A DNA stretch of 24,246 nucleotides, from positions 1 through 24,246 of the IMG/VR virus record IMGVR_UViG_3300035051_000049. One strand, written 5' to 3'. Origin of the DNA: a virus. Lineage: Duplodnaviria > Caudoviricetes. The stretch's first letter is position 1; the number at the start of each line of letters is the position of its first letter. The notes under the pieces are model-generated. The model did no database searches. It was not told the DNA's origin and saw only the letters and a program-made list of their open reading frames with translations. Made by a program: the position numbers and the translations under genes. Below are positions 7,462-15,813 of the stretch, one piece after another.

Positions 7462-7845
7462 ATGCTATATGCCCCCGCCCGTTACTGGCTCCTGGACCCC
7501 GAGGCCCACCGCGAGATTTGCAATGGCTGTGGCCCCAAGGGATTCGGCTTATTCGTGCCCGATACCATCTGGGGACTCCCGATTACCGAAGCCTGCGACA
7601 TTCACGACTTCATGTACGCCATGGGGGAAACCGAGGAGGACCGCCACGAGGCCGATCGGGTGTTCCGCAACAATCTCCTGCGACTCGTGGAGGGGGGCTG
7701 CCGCTGGCTCCGTCCACTCCGACGCCGGCGAGCTCTAACCTATGCCCGTGCGGTAATGGCTCTAGGGGGTCCCGCGTTCTGGTCGGGGAAGAACCCGCCA
7801 GAGACGGAGGCTCCCGTCGCCCGCCGCCCGAGGGGGGTCGCGTGA
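7462..7845 (+). CDS. Phospholipase A2-like / DUF1353-like protein
   Basis: CNGCG, ACDIHDFMY and R..AD..F..N motifs; GGAGG RBS. Confidence 0.7.
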   Translation: MLYAPARYWLLDPEAHREICNGCGPKGFGLFVPDTIWGLPITEACDIHDFMYAMGETEEDRHEADRVFRNNLLRLVEGGCRWLRPLRRRRALTYARAVMALGGPAFWSGKNPPETEAPVARRPRGVA

Positions 7846-7886
7846 AGATCATACCCGAAACCCGTTACCTGAAGGGGGTCGCGTGA
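7842..7886 (+). CDS. 14-aa minigene MKIIPETRYLKGVA bridging the PLA2-like gene and terL
   Basis: GTGA overlaps at both ends, produced by the repeat GGGGGTCGCGTGAAGATC at 7833-7850 and 7874-7891. Confidence 0.45.
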   Translation: MKIIPETRYLKGVA

Positions 7887-9328
7887 AGATCGTATACAAT
7901 GCAGAGCGAACTCCCACGCGGTTCCACCGGTCCAACGCATTCTACCGATGCATGCGGGGTCCGGTCCGCTCCGGAAAGAGTACCGCCATGTGCGCGGAGA
8001 TCATGATGCGAGCTTGCCGGCAAGACCCCGATCCTCTCGACGGAATCCGCCGGACGAAGTGGGGGGTAGTCCGCAACACCTACCGCGAACTCGAGGACAC
8101 CACGCTCGCGACCTGGCTCATGTGGTATCCCGAGAAAGTCTTCGGGAAGTTCAACTATGGGACGATGACGCATCATATACGCGTGAACGATATAGAGTGC
8201 GACGTCATGTTCCGGGCTCTCGACCGGGCGGAAGACGTGAAGAAGCTACTCTCGCTCGAACTCACGGGGGGTTGGGTGAATGAGGCTCGCGAGGTTCCTC
8301 GCGCGATCATCGACGTGCTGGGTGACAGGGTTGAGCAGTACCCCCCGCGACGCCCTCTCGACGACGGGGGAGAGTATGGGTGTACCTGGGGGGGCGTCTT
8401 CCTCGACACCAACTCGCCGGACGAGGACCACTGGTGGTTCGACGCCGAGGCCAATCCCCCCGAGGGCTGGGAATTCTTCACCCAGCCTGGAGCACTAATG
8501 GAGGTAGAGGGCAAGTTCGTTCGCAACCCGATGGCTGAGAACATTAGGAACCTGAACGGGGGTCACGAGTATTATCTCAAGCGAGTCGCGGGCAAGAAGA
8601 AGTCGTACGTGCGCGTCTACTACTGCAACCAATTCGGATATGTGGAAGAAGGGAAGCGGGTACACCCGGAGTATAATGACTCGATTCACGTAGCCCCTTC
8701 CCCTCTCGTCCCCGACTCGCGCCACCCTGTTGTCGTTGGGTTCGACTTCGGTCTAACTCCTGCCGCCGCCTTCTTCAGCCGTCGCCCGAGCGGTCAGTGG
8801 TGGCTCTTCAAGGAACTGGTGACGGAAAACATCGGGATCAAACAGTTTGCGGAACTGGTCCTTATTCCTTACCTGATTGAAAACTTGCTCGACTACTCAA
8901 TCACATACTATGGAGACACGCACGGGAATGTCGGAGCGCAGACGGATAAGAAGACTCCTGGCCAGATTTTTGAGGCTCTCGGGATACGGGTGGTTATGCC
9001 CGACTTGGGAACAGGAGATACGATTCGGCGCGAGGCTCTGGCTCAACCCCTATCCCGCATGATCGACGGCCAACCCGGCCTTCTCGTCGACCGTAACTGC
9101 AAGACTATTCGGAAGGGTCTTAGCTCAAAGTTCTACTACAAGCGGGTGCAGGTTGTGGGGGACGAGAAGTACCACGATAAACCCGAGAAGAACTTCTGGT
9201 CTCACGTATGCGAGGCCGCGGAACACGCAATGGTGGGCGCTGGCGAGGGTAAACTCCTTACCCGTAGACCCACTCCAAAGAAGAAAGTAAATCGAAAGTT
9301 TAGATCAATTGGGTGGATGGGGTCGTGA
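7883..9328 (+). CDS. terL: Terminase large subunit
   Basis: Walker A GPVRSGKST, Walker B GGWVNE, coupling motif DTN.P, nuclease motif VGFDFG. Confidence 0.95.
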   Translation: MKIVYNAERTPTRFHRSNAFYRCMRGPVRSGKSTAMCAEIMMRACRQDPDPLDGIRRTKWGVVRNTYRELEDTTLATWLMWYPEKVFGKFNYGTMTHHIRVNDIECDVMFRALDRAEDVKKLLSLELTGGWVNEAREVPRAIIDVLGDRVEQYPPRRPLDDGGEYGCTWGGVFLDTNSPDEDHWWFDAEANPPEGWEFFTQPGALMEVEGKFVRNPMAENIRNLNGGHEYYLKRVAGKKKSYVRVYYCNQFGYVEEGKRVHPEYNDSIHVAPSPLVPDSRHPVVVGFDFGLTPAAAFFSRRPSGQWWLFKELVTENIGIKQFAELVLIPYLIENLLDYSITYYGDTHGNVGAQTDKKTPGQIFEALGIRVVMPDLGTGDTIRREALAQPLSRMIDGQPGLLVDRNCKTIRKGLSSKFYYKRVQVVGDEKYHDKPEKNFWSHVCEAAEHAMVGAGEGKLLTRRPTPKKKVNRKFRSIGWMGS

Positions 9329-9356
9329 CCCCCTCTTCCAGATAAGGGAGACAATT

Positions 9357-9668
9357 ATGGAATACACCACCGCAGACCTTAGTGGGGCAGGGGAATATAC
9401 CGATTGGATAAGCCCGAAGAAGAACAAGGCTTATGGGACCCTGACAGGATTTCTGGACTTTATGATAAGCGGAACATGGGAGGGGACCCTGACGGTGCAG
9501 AAGCGCCATACCCACAACTCAACTCCGACGGACCCTGTTGATTTAGTCCAGTATACCACTAACAAGGCAAACTTGATTGAGGATCATTCAGCTTCGGTTG
9601 AATACCGTATCGGGTTTAAGATTGGAGACTATACAAGCGGCACGGCAACCGTGCGATTGGAGCAGTAA
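9357..9668 (+). CDS. Small beta-rich putative virion protein (103 aa)
   Basis: AAGGGAG RBS before ATG 9357; ISGTWEGTLTVQKR motif. Confidence 0.7.
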   Translation: MEYTTADLSGAGEYTDWISPKKNKAYGTLTGFLDFMISGTWEGTLTVQKRHTHNSTPTDPVDLVQYTTNKANLIEDHSASVEYRIGFKIGDYTSGTATVRLEQ

Positions 9669-9669
9669 T

Positions 9670-11424
9670 ATGAGTCATCCGCGATCGCATATATGGGACT
9701 TTGATGATAAAGCCGACAAAGACACCGATGCCGTAGTAGGAAACCTGCTGCAATCAATCACCGGTGGAGGGTATGAAGATTCGGGGATTGCGGCGGCTGA
9801 GGTGAAAGGCCACCTTGGCAGCACCAACGGTCATCCGGTCGCCACAGCATCAGTCGACGGCTTCATGTCTAAGGAATATGCCGCCAAGGTAGACATCCTG
9901 TCTGCCGCAAAAATCAATTATTCCGGGTACCCGGGAGAAGCCGGGTTCCCTAACGGCATTTGTCCAGAAGACAGCCTGCCGTCAGGCATGCTGCCGTTGT
10001 CCGGATATACAGACCCCACCAGCCCGAATTACGGAAACTATATCTATTCCGACGGGTCCATTATGGTCTACCGCCCTCAGACTTTTATAAAAGTGGGTGA
10101 TGGCACCAACGGGCTGGCAGTAAATGAAGTTGATGTTGTTCCCTGGGATGCGTTTGCAACCGAAGCCGAGGCAAATGATGCTGGGTATTTCATCCATGAT
10201 ATTTTTAAAAACGGTGCCGTGCTGAAAAAAGGTATATTCAGGGATAAGTATCATAATTCCAAAAATGCAAAAGGCGCCGGGTTTGTTGCCAGCTCAATTA
10301 AAAACGGACTGCCGATTTCCATGAGTGCCGATCATAACCCGGTTGCCGACCTGACGGCTTGCTCAGCAAACGCCTATTATGAGGCGATTAATGCCGCACA
10401 TGCCAGGGATGGTGTTGACGGGGCAGTGAATGCAAGCTCTATCTTTTTTGTTGAGCCTCGGCAGTTTGCCGCTTACATGGCCCTGACCACCACGGCCCAC
10501 GCACAAGCATCCACATCAGACACTTATTGTGCCTATTATGATGCGACAGGCGTGACAAACTATCCCAAAGGGTGCAACAACAACGCGCTCGGAGATACCG
10601 ATGACGGGTCTGTCTCCTATGTGAGTGACGGATATTCCAATTGCGGCAAGGCCGGATCAGGTACACCGTTTGCGAAAATAACCGATAATGGGCAGGAGTG
10701 TGGAATAGCAGATGTAAACGGCCTGATGTGGCGTATTAACATTGGTATGACCTGTATTACAACCACCGCCTCTATCACCTCAGCGACTCAGGCAAACCCG
10801 TGCCAGATCACAGCGGCTGCGCATGGCAAGTCAACCGGCGATTGGGTTATGATCACTGGGGTTGCAGGTATGACAGAACTCAACGACAAATTGTATCAGA
10901 TAACTGTCGTTGATGTAGACAATTTCACCCTGGATGGCATCGATGCCACCTTGTACACAGCATATACGTCAGGTGGAACCGCCACGTTCGGTGCGTTTTA
11001 CAAAAAAACGGATGCGGCTGAATATGAGGATTTTACGTCTGGGAACTCATTGGCCACAGACCACTGGGGAGCAACCGGTGTTGCAGCAATGATGGAGGAG
11101 GTTGAGCTGGAATTTGTTTCTGGTGGTGCCTTTGCGCAATGGTTCGGGAACAGTACAAACCAAGTGTTGAGTCCAGATATCACAGGAAATGATTTTGAGA
11201 TTCTCCAGCTCGGCTTGCCTGTTTCCGGCGGGGCCAGTTCCGGTGGTACCAATTTGTTCGGATCTGATTATTTTTACCAGTATATCAGAAATGAACTATG
11301 CGTGCTTGCCGGCGGCTATTGGGCCTATGGTTCCAACGCCGGGGTGTTCAGCGTCGCTTTGAACTACTACCGGACGCTTTCTCGCGACTACGTCGGGTTT
11401 GCCTGCGCCTGTTACCCTGTGTAG
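9670..11424 (+). CDS. DGR target protein, putative receptor-binding/tail fibre protein with C-terminal C-type-lectin-fold variable region
   Basis: GIADVNG.MW motif, E1-FCCH-like insert (ITSATQANPCQIT...GMTELN), and C-terminus VLAGGYW..GS.AGVF...LN..R..S...VGF typical of Mtd/FGE-type DGR targets. Confidence 0.85.
   Translation: MSHPRSHIWDFDDKADKDTDAVVGNLLQSITGGGYEDSGIAAAEVKGHLGSTNGHPVATASVDGFMSKEYAAKVDILSAAKINYSGYPGEAGFPNGICPEDSLPSGMLPLSGYTDPTSPNYGNYIYSDGSIMVYRPQTFIKVGDGTNGLAVNEVDVVPWDAFATEAEANDAGYFIHDIFKNGAVLKKGIFRDKYHNSKNAKGAGFVASSIKNGLPISMSADHNPVADLTACSANAYYEAINAAHARDGVDGAVNASSIFFVEPRQFAAYMALTTTAHAQASTSDTYCAYYDATGVTNYPKGCNNNALGDTDDGSVSYVSDGYSNCGKAGSGTPFAKITDNGQECGIADVNGLMWRINIGMTCITTTASITSATQANPCQITAAAHGKSTGDWVMITGVAGMTELNDKLYQITVVDVDNFTLDGIDATLYTAYTSGGTATFGAFYKKTDAAEYEDFTSGNSLATDHWGATGVAAMMEEVELEFVSGGAFAQWFGNSTNQVLSPDITGNDFEILQLGLPVSGGASSGGTNLFGSDYFYQYIRNELCVLAGGYWAYGSNAGVFSVALNYYRTLSRDYVGFACACYPV
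11301..11424 (+). repeat. DGR variable region (VR) and IMH-like 3' end
   Basis: Adenine-poor constant codons alternate with NNY codons (TAT, GCC, TAT, AAC, AGC, GCT, AAC TAC TAC, CTT, CGC GAC TAC), as expected from AAY mutagenesis. Confidence 0.75.
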
Positions 11425-11444
11425 CGAAGCGATAGCGAGCGATA

Positions 11445-11660
11445 ATGTCTGAGCCGGTCTTGAATAGAAAGTTTGTGGAAATGATGCAGCTGCTGAACAT
11501 CTATCTAAATCATTTCCCCAAACATGAAAAATACGCTTTGTGCAATCAGATAAGGAACACTGCATATGAGGTTTACAATCTCATCACTTACATATTAAAC
11601 CATAACAACAACATTGTCAACCAGAAAATCTCAGAAAAGAGAGGGTGTTATGATCATTAA
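11445..11660 (+). pseudogene. avd: Truncated DGR accessory variability determinant (four-helix bundle)
   Basis: LNIYLNHFPKHEKYALCNQIRNTAYEVY is an Avd-type N-terminus. Similarity ends near codon 48 (~11588). Total 71 aa versus roughly 110-130 for intact Avd. Confidence 0.8.
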
Positions 11661-12090
11661 ATACCAAAAGGTCACTGACCTGCACACAACCTACACATTG
11701 GCTGAACCAGACTATCATGATGGTGATGCCCGTTGTACTGAACTGGCAACTCTAAACGGCATTACATATGTCCATGTGCCTGACTCAATCACCCTGCCTA
11801 TCCAGCCGGAACAAATCACGGTTGAGGAAGTCACACTGACCCCGGAACTGCGGGAGGAAATAAAAGCCGTATCTCCGTGCGTCCGGTTGTCTTACAAGCG
11901 GCTGCAAGATCGGATCAGGTCCAGGTACAGCCTGGAGGATGAAGCTTACTACACCCGAATCAGTGTAGGTGTGCTGATGGGGACGTATGAAATGCAGCCA
12001 GGTGAGCTTGATGAGCTTGCAGCTTACCAGGCATGGGTCGAAAAGTGCCGAGAGATCGCCAGGCTGGAACGGGCTGTGTGGGGGCTGTAA
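11650..12090 (+). CDS. Hypothetical protein (146 aa), possible tail-fibre accessory/chaperone
   Basis: GAGAGGG RBS before ATG 11650. C-terminal IRSRYSLEDE...AYQAWVEKCR resembles tail-assembly-type helices (inference). Confidence 0.65.
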   Translation: MIIKYQKVTDLHTTYTLAEPDYHDGDARCTELATLNGITYVHVPDSITLPIQPEQITVEEVTLTPELREEIKAVSPCVRLSYKRLQDRIRSRYSLEDEAYYTRISVGVLMGTYEMQPGELDELAAYQAWVEKCREIARLERAVWGL

Positions 12091-12269
12091 TGTTACGAGC
12101 ATCAATCATTTGTTTCATAGTCGCAGCCCTGACGCTTTGGCTGATGGGTTGCACAGAACAAACCTATCAACCTTTCCCTGAAGGAGGCCAGGAAGTTCAG
12201 TCTCCCATCGGTTACGAGATCCACTGCCAGGAATTTCCAGATAGTATTTTCTGTAAGGAGGCTGAATGA
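12090..12269 (+). CDS. Small lipoprotein (59 aa) resembling a BTLCP N-terminal segment
   Basis: TAATG overlap; MLRASIICFIVAALTLW-LMGC lipobox; PIGYEIHCQEFPDSIFC motif. Confidence 0.7.
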   Translation: MLRASIICFIVAALTLWLMGCTEQTYQPFPEGGQEVQSPIGYEIHCQEFPDSIFCKEAE

Positions 12270-12664
12270 AAAACCTTGCTGAAAAAGTACATTCAAAGGT
12301 CAAGCGATTGTTCACTTACAAATCAGACAAAGAACAGTTTCAGGACTTCTGGGATCATTGGAAAAGCTGGGCAGATGAGGTAGAGGCCAACCAGCTGTTT
12401 TCTGACGATTGTGACGGATTCTGTCTCACCTGCGCTGAACTCTTGATTAGGCAAGGAGCAAAGCCTGAAGACGTGACCATCTGTGATGTGACAACGGAAA
12501 CAGGCGGGCGGCATCTGGTTTGTGTATATGGATCATGGGTTCTGGATAACAGATACTATTATGTGCCTTACTGGAAAGATTTGAATTATGAATGGCGCAG
12601 GTCGATGAGAATGGATGAACCTGGAACATGGAGGAAAACTTGGAGCGCATACAGGAAAAAGTAA
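12266..12664 (+). CDS. Transglutaminase-like cysteine peptidase (BTLCP / C93, LapG-like) catalytic domain
   Basis: Y.SD......DHW, DDCDGF (Cys), G.RHLVC (His), WVLDNR (Asp); AAGGAGG RBS. Confidence 0.8.
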   Translation: MKNLAEKVHSKVKRLFTYKSDKEQFQDFWDHWKSWADEVEANQLFSDDCDGFCLTCAELLIRQGAKPEDVTICDVTTETGGRHLVCVYGSWVLDNRYYYVPYWKDLNYEWRRSMRMDEPGTWRKTWSAYRKK

Positions 12665-14733
12665 CCAGCACATTGGATAAGGATTTACCCGCCAAGGATC
12701 GCGTGATCCAGCAAGCCCTCTCGCGTTTCCGCACCTCTATGAACTCCGAGCTCCACAACAGGCTCGAAGCCGCAGAGGACCTCCGGATGCTCGCGGGTCA
12801 GGACCACTGGCCTGCCGAGGTCGTACTCCAGCGGGAGCTCGAGGGTCGTCCGGTCCTTACCGTGAACAAGCTTCCGGGCTTTGCGGACCGCGTGATCAAC
12901 GAGGGTCGCGTGAATCAGATCGCGATCAAGATTATCCCGCGAGGGGGTGGAGCATCGAAGGAGGTGGCCGAAACCCTTACAGGCCTAATCCGCGCGATTG
13001 AGCAGGAGTCCGACTCCGAGGTTGCATACCAGACGGCCTTCGAGGGTGCGGTGCAGTGCGGCTTCGGCTACTTCCGAGTAGTAACGAGTTACACGGAAGA
13101 CTCCCCGTTCGACCAGGAGATACGGATCGAACGCGTGAAGAATAACTTCTCCGTCGTCCTCGACCCGGCTCGAACGAAGGCGGACGGATCCGACTCCCGA
13201 TTTGCCTTTATCACCGAAATGATTAGCGTTGAGGAGTACGAGGCCCGCTATCCCGACGCCGACGTCCCCTCCTCTCTGCCAGATGACGGGGCCAACGCTG
13301 ACGTCGGACACTGGTTCGAAGACTCATCGATTCGCGTCGGGGAGTATTGGGTCAAGGTTCCGCACAAAAAGCGGGTGTACCTGCTCTCAGACTCTCGAGT
13401 CGTGGACGGGGACGAGTGGGACGAGGCATACCCCCTACTCAAGGAGAAGGAACAACTGGTACACGTCACCCAAGACCCGCAAACCGGTCAACCCATTCAA
13501 GTCCCAGGCCCGGCCCCCGAGGGTTCCGGTCTACCCGAGATGATTCTCAATGAAGTCCCGCAAATCGAGCGGGAGCGCGAGATCGACTCGCACAAAGTCC
13601 AGCAGTATATCATTGACGGACAGAAGGTCATCAGCGGGCCGCACGAGTGGCCAGGCCGCTTCATCCCGATCGTACCCGTATGGGGTAAAGAAATTACGGT
13701 TGACGGCCAGACTCACCTCCGTGGTGCCATCCGGAACGCGAAGGACTCGCAGCGGATGTACAATTACTTCCGGACTGCCGCGACCGAGACCGTAGCCCTG
13801 GCCCCCAAAGCCCCGTGGGTTGGAACCGCCGAGCAATTCGAGGGTTACGAGGAGGAGTGGGCCGACGCCAACCGCTCCAACCGCGCCTTCCTAGCTTACA
13901 ATCACGTTGCGGGTGTGAACCCCCCGATGCGCCAGATTGTGACTCAAACCGCAATCGGGGAGATTACCGAATCCAATATCAGCTCCGACGAGATGAAAGA
14001 TACAACTTCGATCCAGGACGCGTCTCTAGGGGCGCAAGGGAATGAGGTCTCCGGTCTCGCGATAGCCCGTCGCCAGTCCCAATCTGACGTCGTGAACTTC
14101 ACCTACGCTGACAATCGCCGCAGGGCCGTCAAATTCTGCGGAGAGATAATCCTTGACCTTATCCCGCGCATCTATGATACTGAACGCCAGGTCATGATCA
14201 TCCGGCCCGACGACGAAGAAGAGTTTGTGACGGTGAACCAGGTAGTCCCCTCTCCCGTCTCGGACGAACCCTTGATCGTGAACGACCTATCCCTAGGAAC
14301 CTACGGGGTGAGCGTAACGACCGGCCCATCCTTCCAGACTCAACGACAAGAGGCAGCGGCCTCCATGCTCGATTTCGTGCGGACCGCTCCCGATGCGGCT
14401 CGCTTCGTAATCGACCTGATCGCGGAAAACATGGACTGGCCCGGCGCGACCAAGATTGCCAACCGTCTCCGGAAGCTCCTACCCCCAGGGATTGACGAGG
14501 ACGGACCTCCTCCCCCGCAGGAACCCTCGATTGACGACGTGATAAAGAAGCTCAGGGCCGAGGGGATAACCCTAGCCAACGAGAAAAGGATGTTGGATAT
14601 CAAGGAGAAAAGAGACGAGATGACCGACGAGGGGAAGGCGTTCGACCGCGTCATCGAGGTCCTGGAGAAATACAAACGCGTAACCGACGAACCCAAAGGA
14701 GGAACGAGTGGGAGATCCGATTCGCGAGGGTGA
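12628..14733 (+). CDS. Portal protein, P22-like (alternative start TTG 12640)
   Basis: 701 aa; GRPVLTVNKL, G.GYFRV, IPIVPVWG, KDSQRMYNY, SG.AI..RQ and GPSFQTQRQEA motifs. Confidence 0.92.
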   Translation: MEENLERIQEKVTSTLDKDLPAKDRVIQQALSRFRTSMNSELHNRLEAAEDLRMLAGQDHWPAEVVLQRELEGRPVLTVNKLPGFADRVINEGRVNQIAIKIIPRGGGASKEVAETLTGLIRAIEQESDSEVAYQTAFEGAVQCGFGYFRVVTSYTEDSPFDQEIRIERVKNNFSVVLDPARTKADGSDSRFAFITEMISVEEYEARYPDADVPSSLPDDGANADVGHWFEDSSIRVGEYWVKVPHKKRVYLLSDSRVVDGDEWDEAYPLLKEKEQLVHVTQDPQTGQPIQVPGPAPEGSGLPEMILNEVPQIEREREIDSHKVQQYIIDGQKVISGPHEWPGRFIPIVPVWGKEITVDGQTHLRGAIRNAKDSQRMYNYFRTAATETVALAPKAPWVGTAEQFEGYEEEWADANRSNRAFLAYNHVAGVNPPMRQIVTQTAIGEITESNISSDEMKDTTSIQDASLGAQGNEVSGLAIARRQSQSDVVNFTYADNRRRAVKFCGEIILDLIPRIYDTERQVMIIRPDDEEEFVTVNQVVPSPVSDEPLIVNDLSLGTYGVSVTTGPSFQTQRQEAAASMLDFVRTAPDAARFVIDLIAENMDWPGATKIANRLRKLLPPGIDEDGPPPPQEPSIDDVIKKLRAEGITLANEKRMLDIKEKRDEMTDEGKAFDRVIEVLEKYKRVTDEPKGGTSGRSDSRG

Positions 14734-14866
14734 CATCGAAGCCCTACGGAACAGAAGGCGAGACGAGGGTAGACCCCTCAAGTCTCAAATCGTAATCAAG
14801 GATGGCAAGCGCTATTTCTACAACACCGACAAGAGGGGTCGCGTGCGCGTCACGGACGAGACGTAA
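14708..14866 (+). CDS. 52-aa basic hypothetical protein
   Basis: Read manually: AAAGGAGG RBS, GTG start, MGDPIREGDIEALRNRRRDEGRPLKSQIVIKDGKRYFYNTDKRGRVRVTDET. Confidence 0.65.
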   Translation: MGDPIREGDIEALRNRRRDEGRPLKSQIVIKDGKRYFYNTDKRGRVRVTDET

Positions 14867-14879
14867 CCTCCAACCCATA

Positions 14880-14965
14880 ACGGTTTTCCCGTCGCGGGCT
14901 ACCCGTAGCGGGTGAACCACCAAACCGTCTGGGGCGAAATCCCCTGCAACTCCGGGCTTGACCCG
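14880..14965 (+). promoter_or_regulatory. Structured leader upstream of the scaffold gene
   Basis: Outer stem ACGGTTT/AAACCGT (14880-14928) encloses two hairpins, followed by two more (14931-14944, 14953-14965). Confidence 0.5.
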
Positions 14966-14979
14966 AAAGGACCTGAAGA

Positions 14980-15813
14980 ATGGAATATGATGAGCAAGGC
15001 AATCCAGTGGTCGCCACTGAACCCGACGTAAACGCGGATCCGTCATCCGCAGAAGAACCCGATCCGAATCTCGACCCCGACCTCGACCCCGATCTCGAAG
15101 CGGGAGAGGGCGAGGAAGAGGGGGAACCGTCACCCTCCGAACCCCGACGACGTAAACCAGGGGCAGAGAAGAGAATTGGATCTCTCGTGGCCGAGCGAGA
15201 GTATTGGAAGGGTCGTGCGGAAGCCGCCGAGGCCAGCCGTACCTCTCCCGTACCCGCTCCAGGCTCCGCGAGCGTCCCGACGGACAAGGAGCTGGACCCG
15301 AACGACTTTGACAGCGACGCAGCCTACCTGAAGGCTATGGCGAAGCAGGCCGAGGCTCGTCTTGAGGCCCGGTTCGAACAGGAGCGGCAGCGGGCGTCCC
15401 AGACGGAACTCCAAGCCGCAATCCAGAAATCCGCCGCCCGCGCTCGCGAAGCCCACCCCGATTTCGATTCAGTGGCGCTGAATCCCGCAGTCCCCACGAG
15501 TCAGACTATGGTGGACGCAATGAAGGGGGAGAATTACGCCGAGATCCTGTACGCGCTTGGGTCCAATGTGGCCGAAGCGCAGCGGATTTACGGGTTACCC
15601 CCAGTCCAGCAGATCAAGGAAATCGGGAAGATTGAGGCGCGACTTACACGCAAAACACCGAAAAGAAATTCTTCTGCCCCGGACCCGCCCCCCACAATTC
15701 GCGGGAGTAGCCCGGCGTCACCCGGAAAGGATCCCGAGAAGATGACGCGAGCTGAACTTCACGCGAAGTGGGAGAAGGATCGGAAGGAAGAGTTGAGGAG
15801 AAAATATGGCTAA
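14980..15813 (+). CDS. Scaffolding protein
   Basis: Acidic/Pro-rich N-terminus, KRI..L..ER coiled coil, P.Q..EIG.IEA.L and S.AP.P motifs; directly before the coat gene. Confidence 0.85.
   Translation: MEYDEQGNPVVATEPDVNADPSSAEEPDPNLDPDLDPDLEAGEGEEEGEPSPSEPRRRKPGAEKRIGSLVAEREYWKGRAEAAEASRTSPVPAPGSASVPTDKELDPNDFDSDAAYLKAMAKQAEARLEARFEQERQRASQTELQAAIQKSAARAREAHPDFDSVALNPAVPTSQTMVDAMKGENYAEILYALGSNVAEAQRIYGLPPVQQIKEIGKIEARLTRKTPKRNSSAPDPPPTIRGSSPASPGKDPEKMTRAELHAKWEKDRKEELRRKYG

Noticed and set aside
11424-11444. Canonical DGR hairpin/cruciform downstream of the VR
   Set aside because: Only a GCGAAGC mini-hairpin and an AGCGATA direct repeat are present; no convincing long stem.
11589-11625. 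AAC-rich stretch as a possible DGR template repeat
   Set aside because: Its non-A bases do not align with the VR constant positions.
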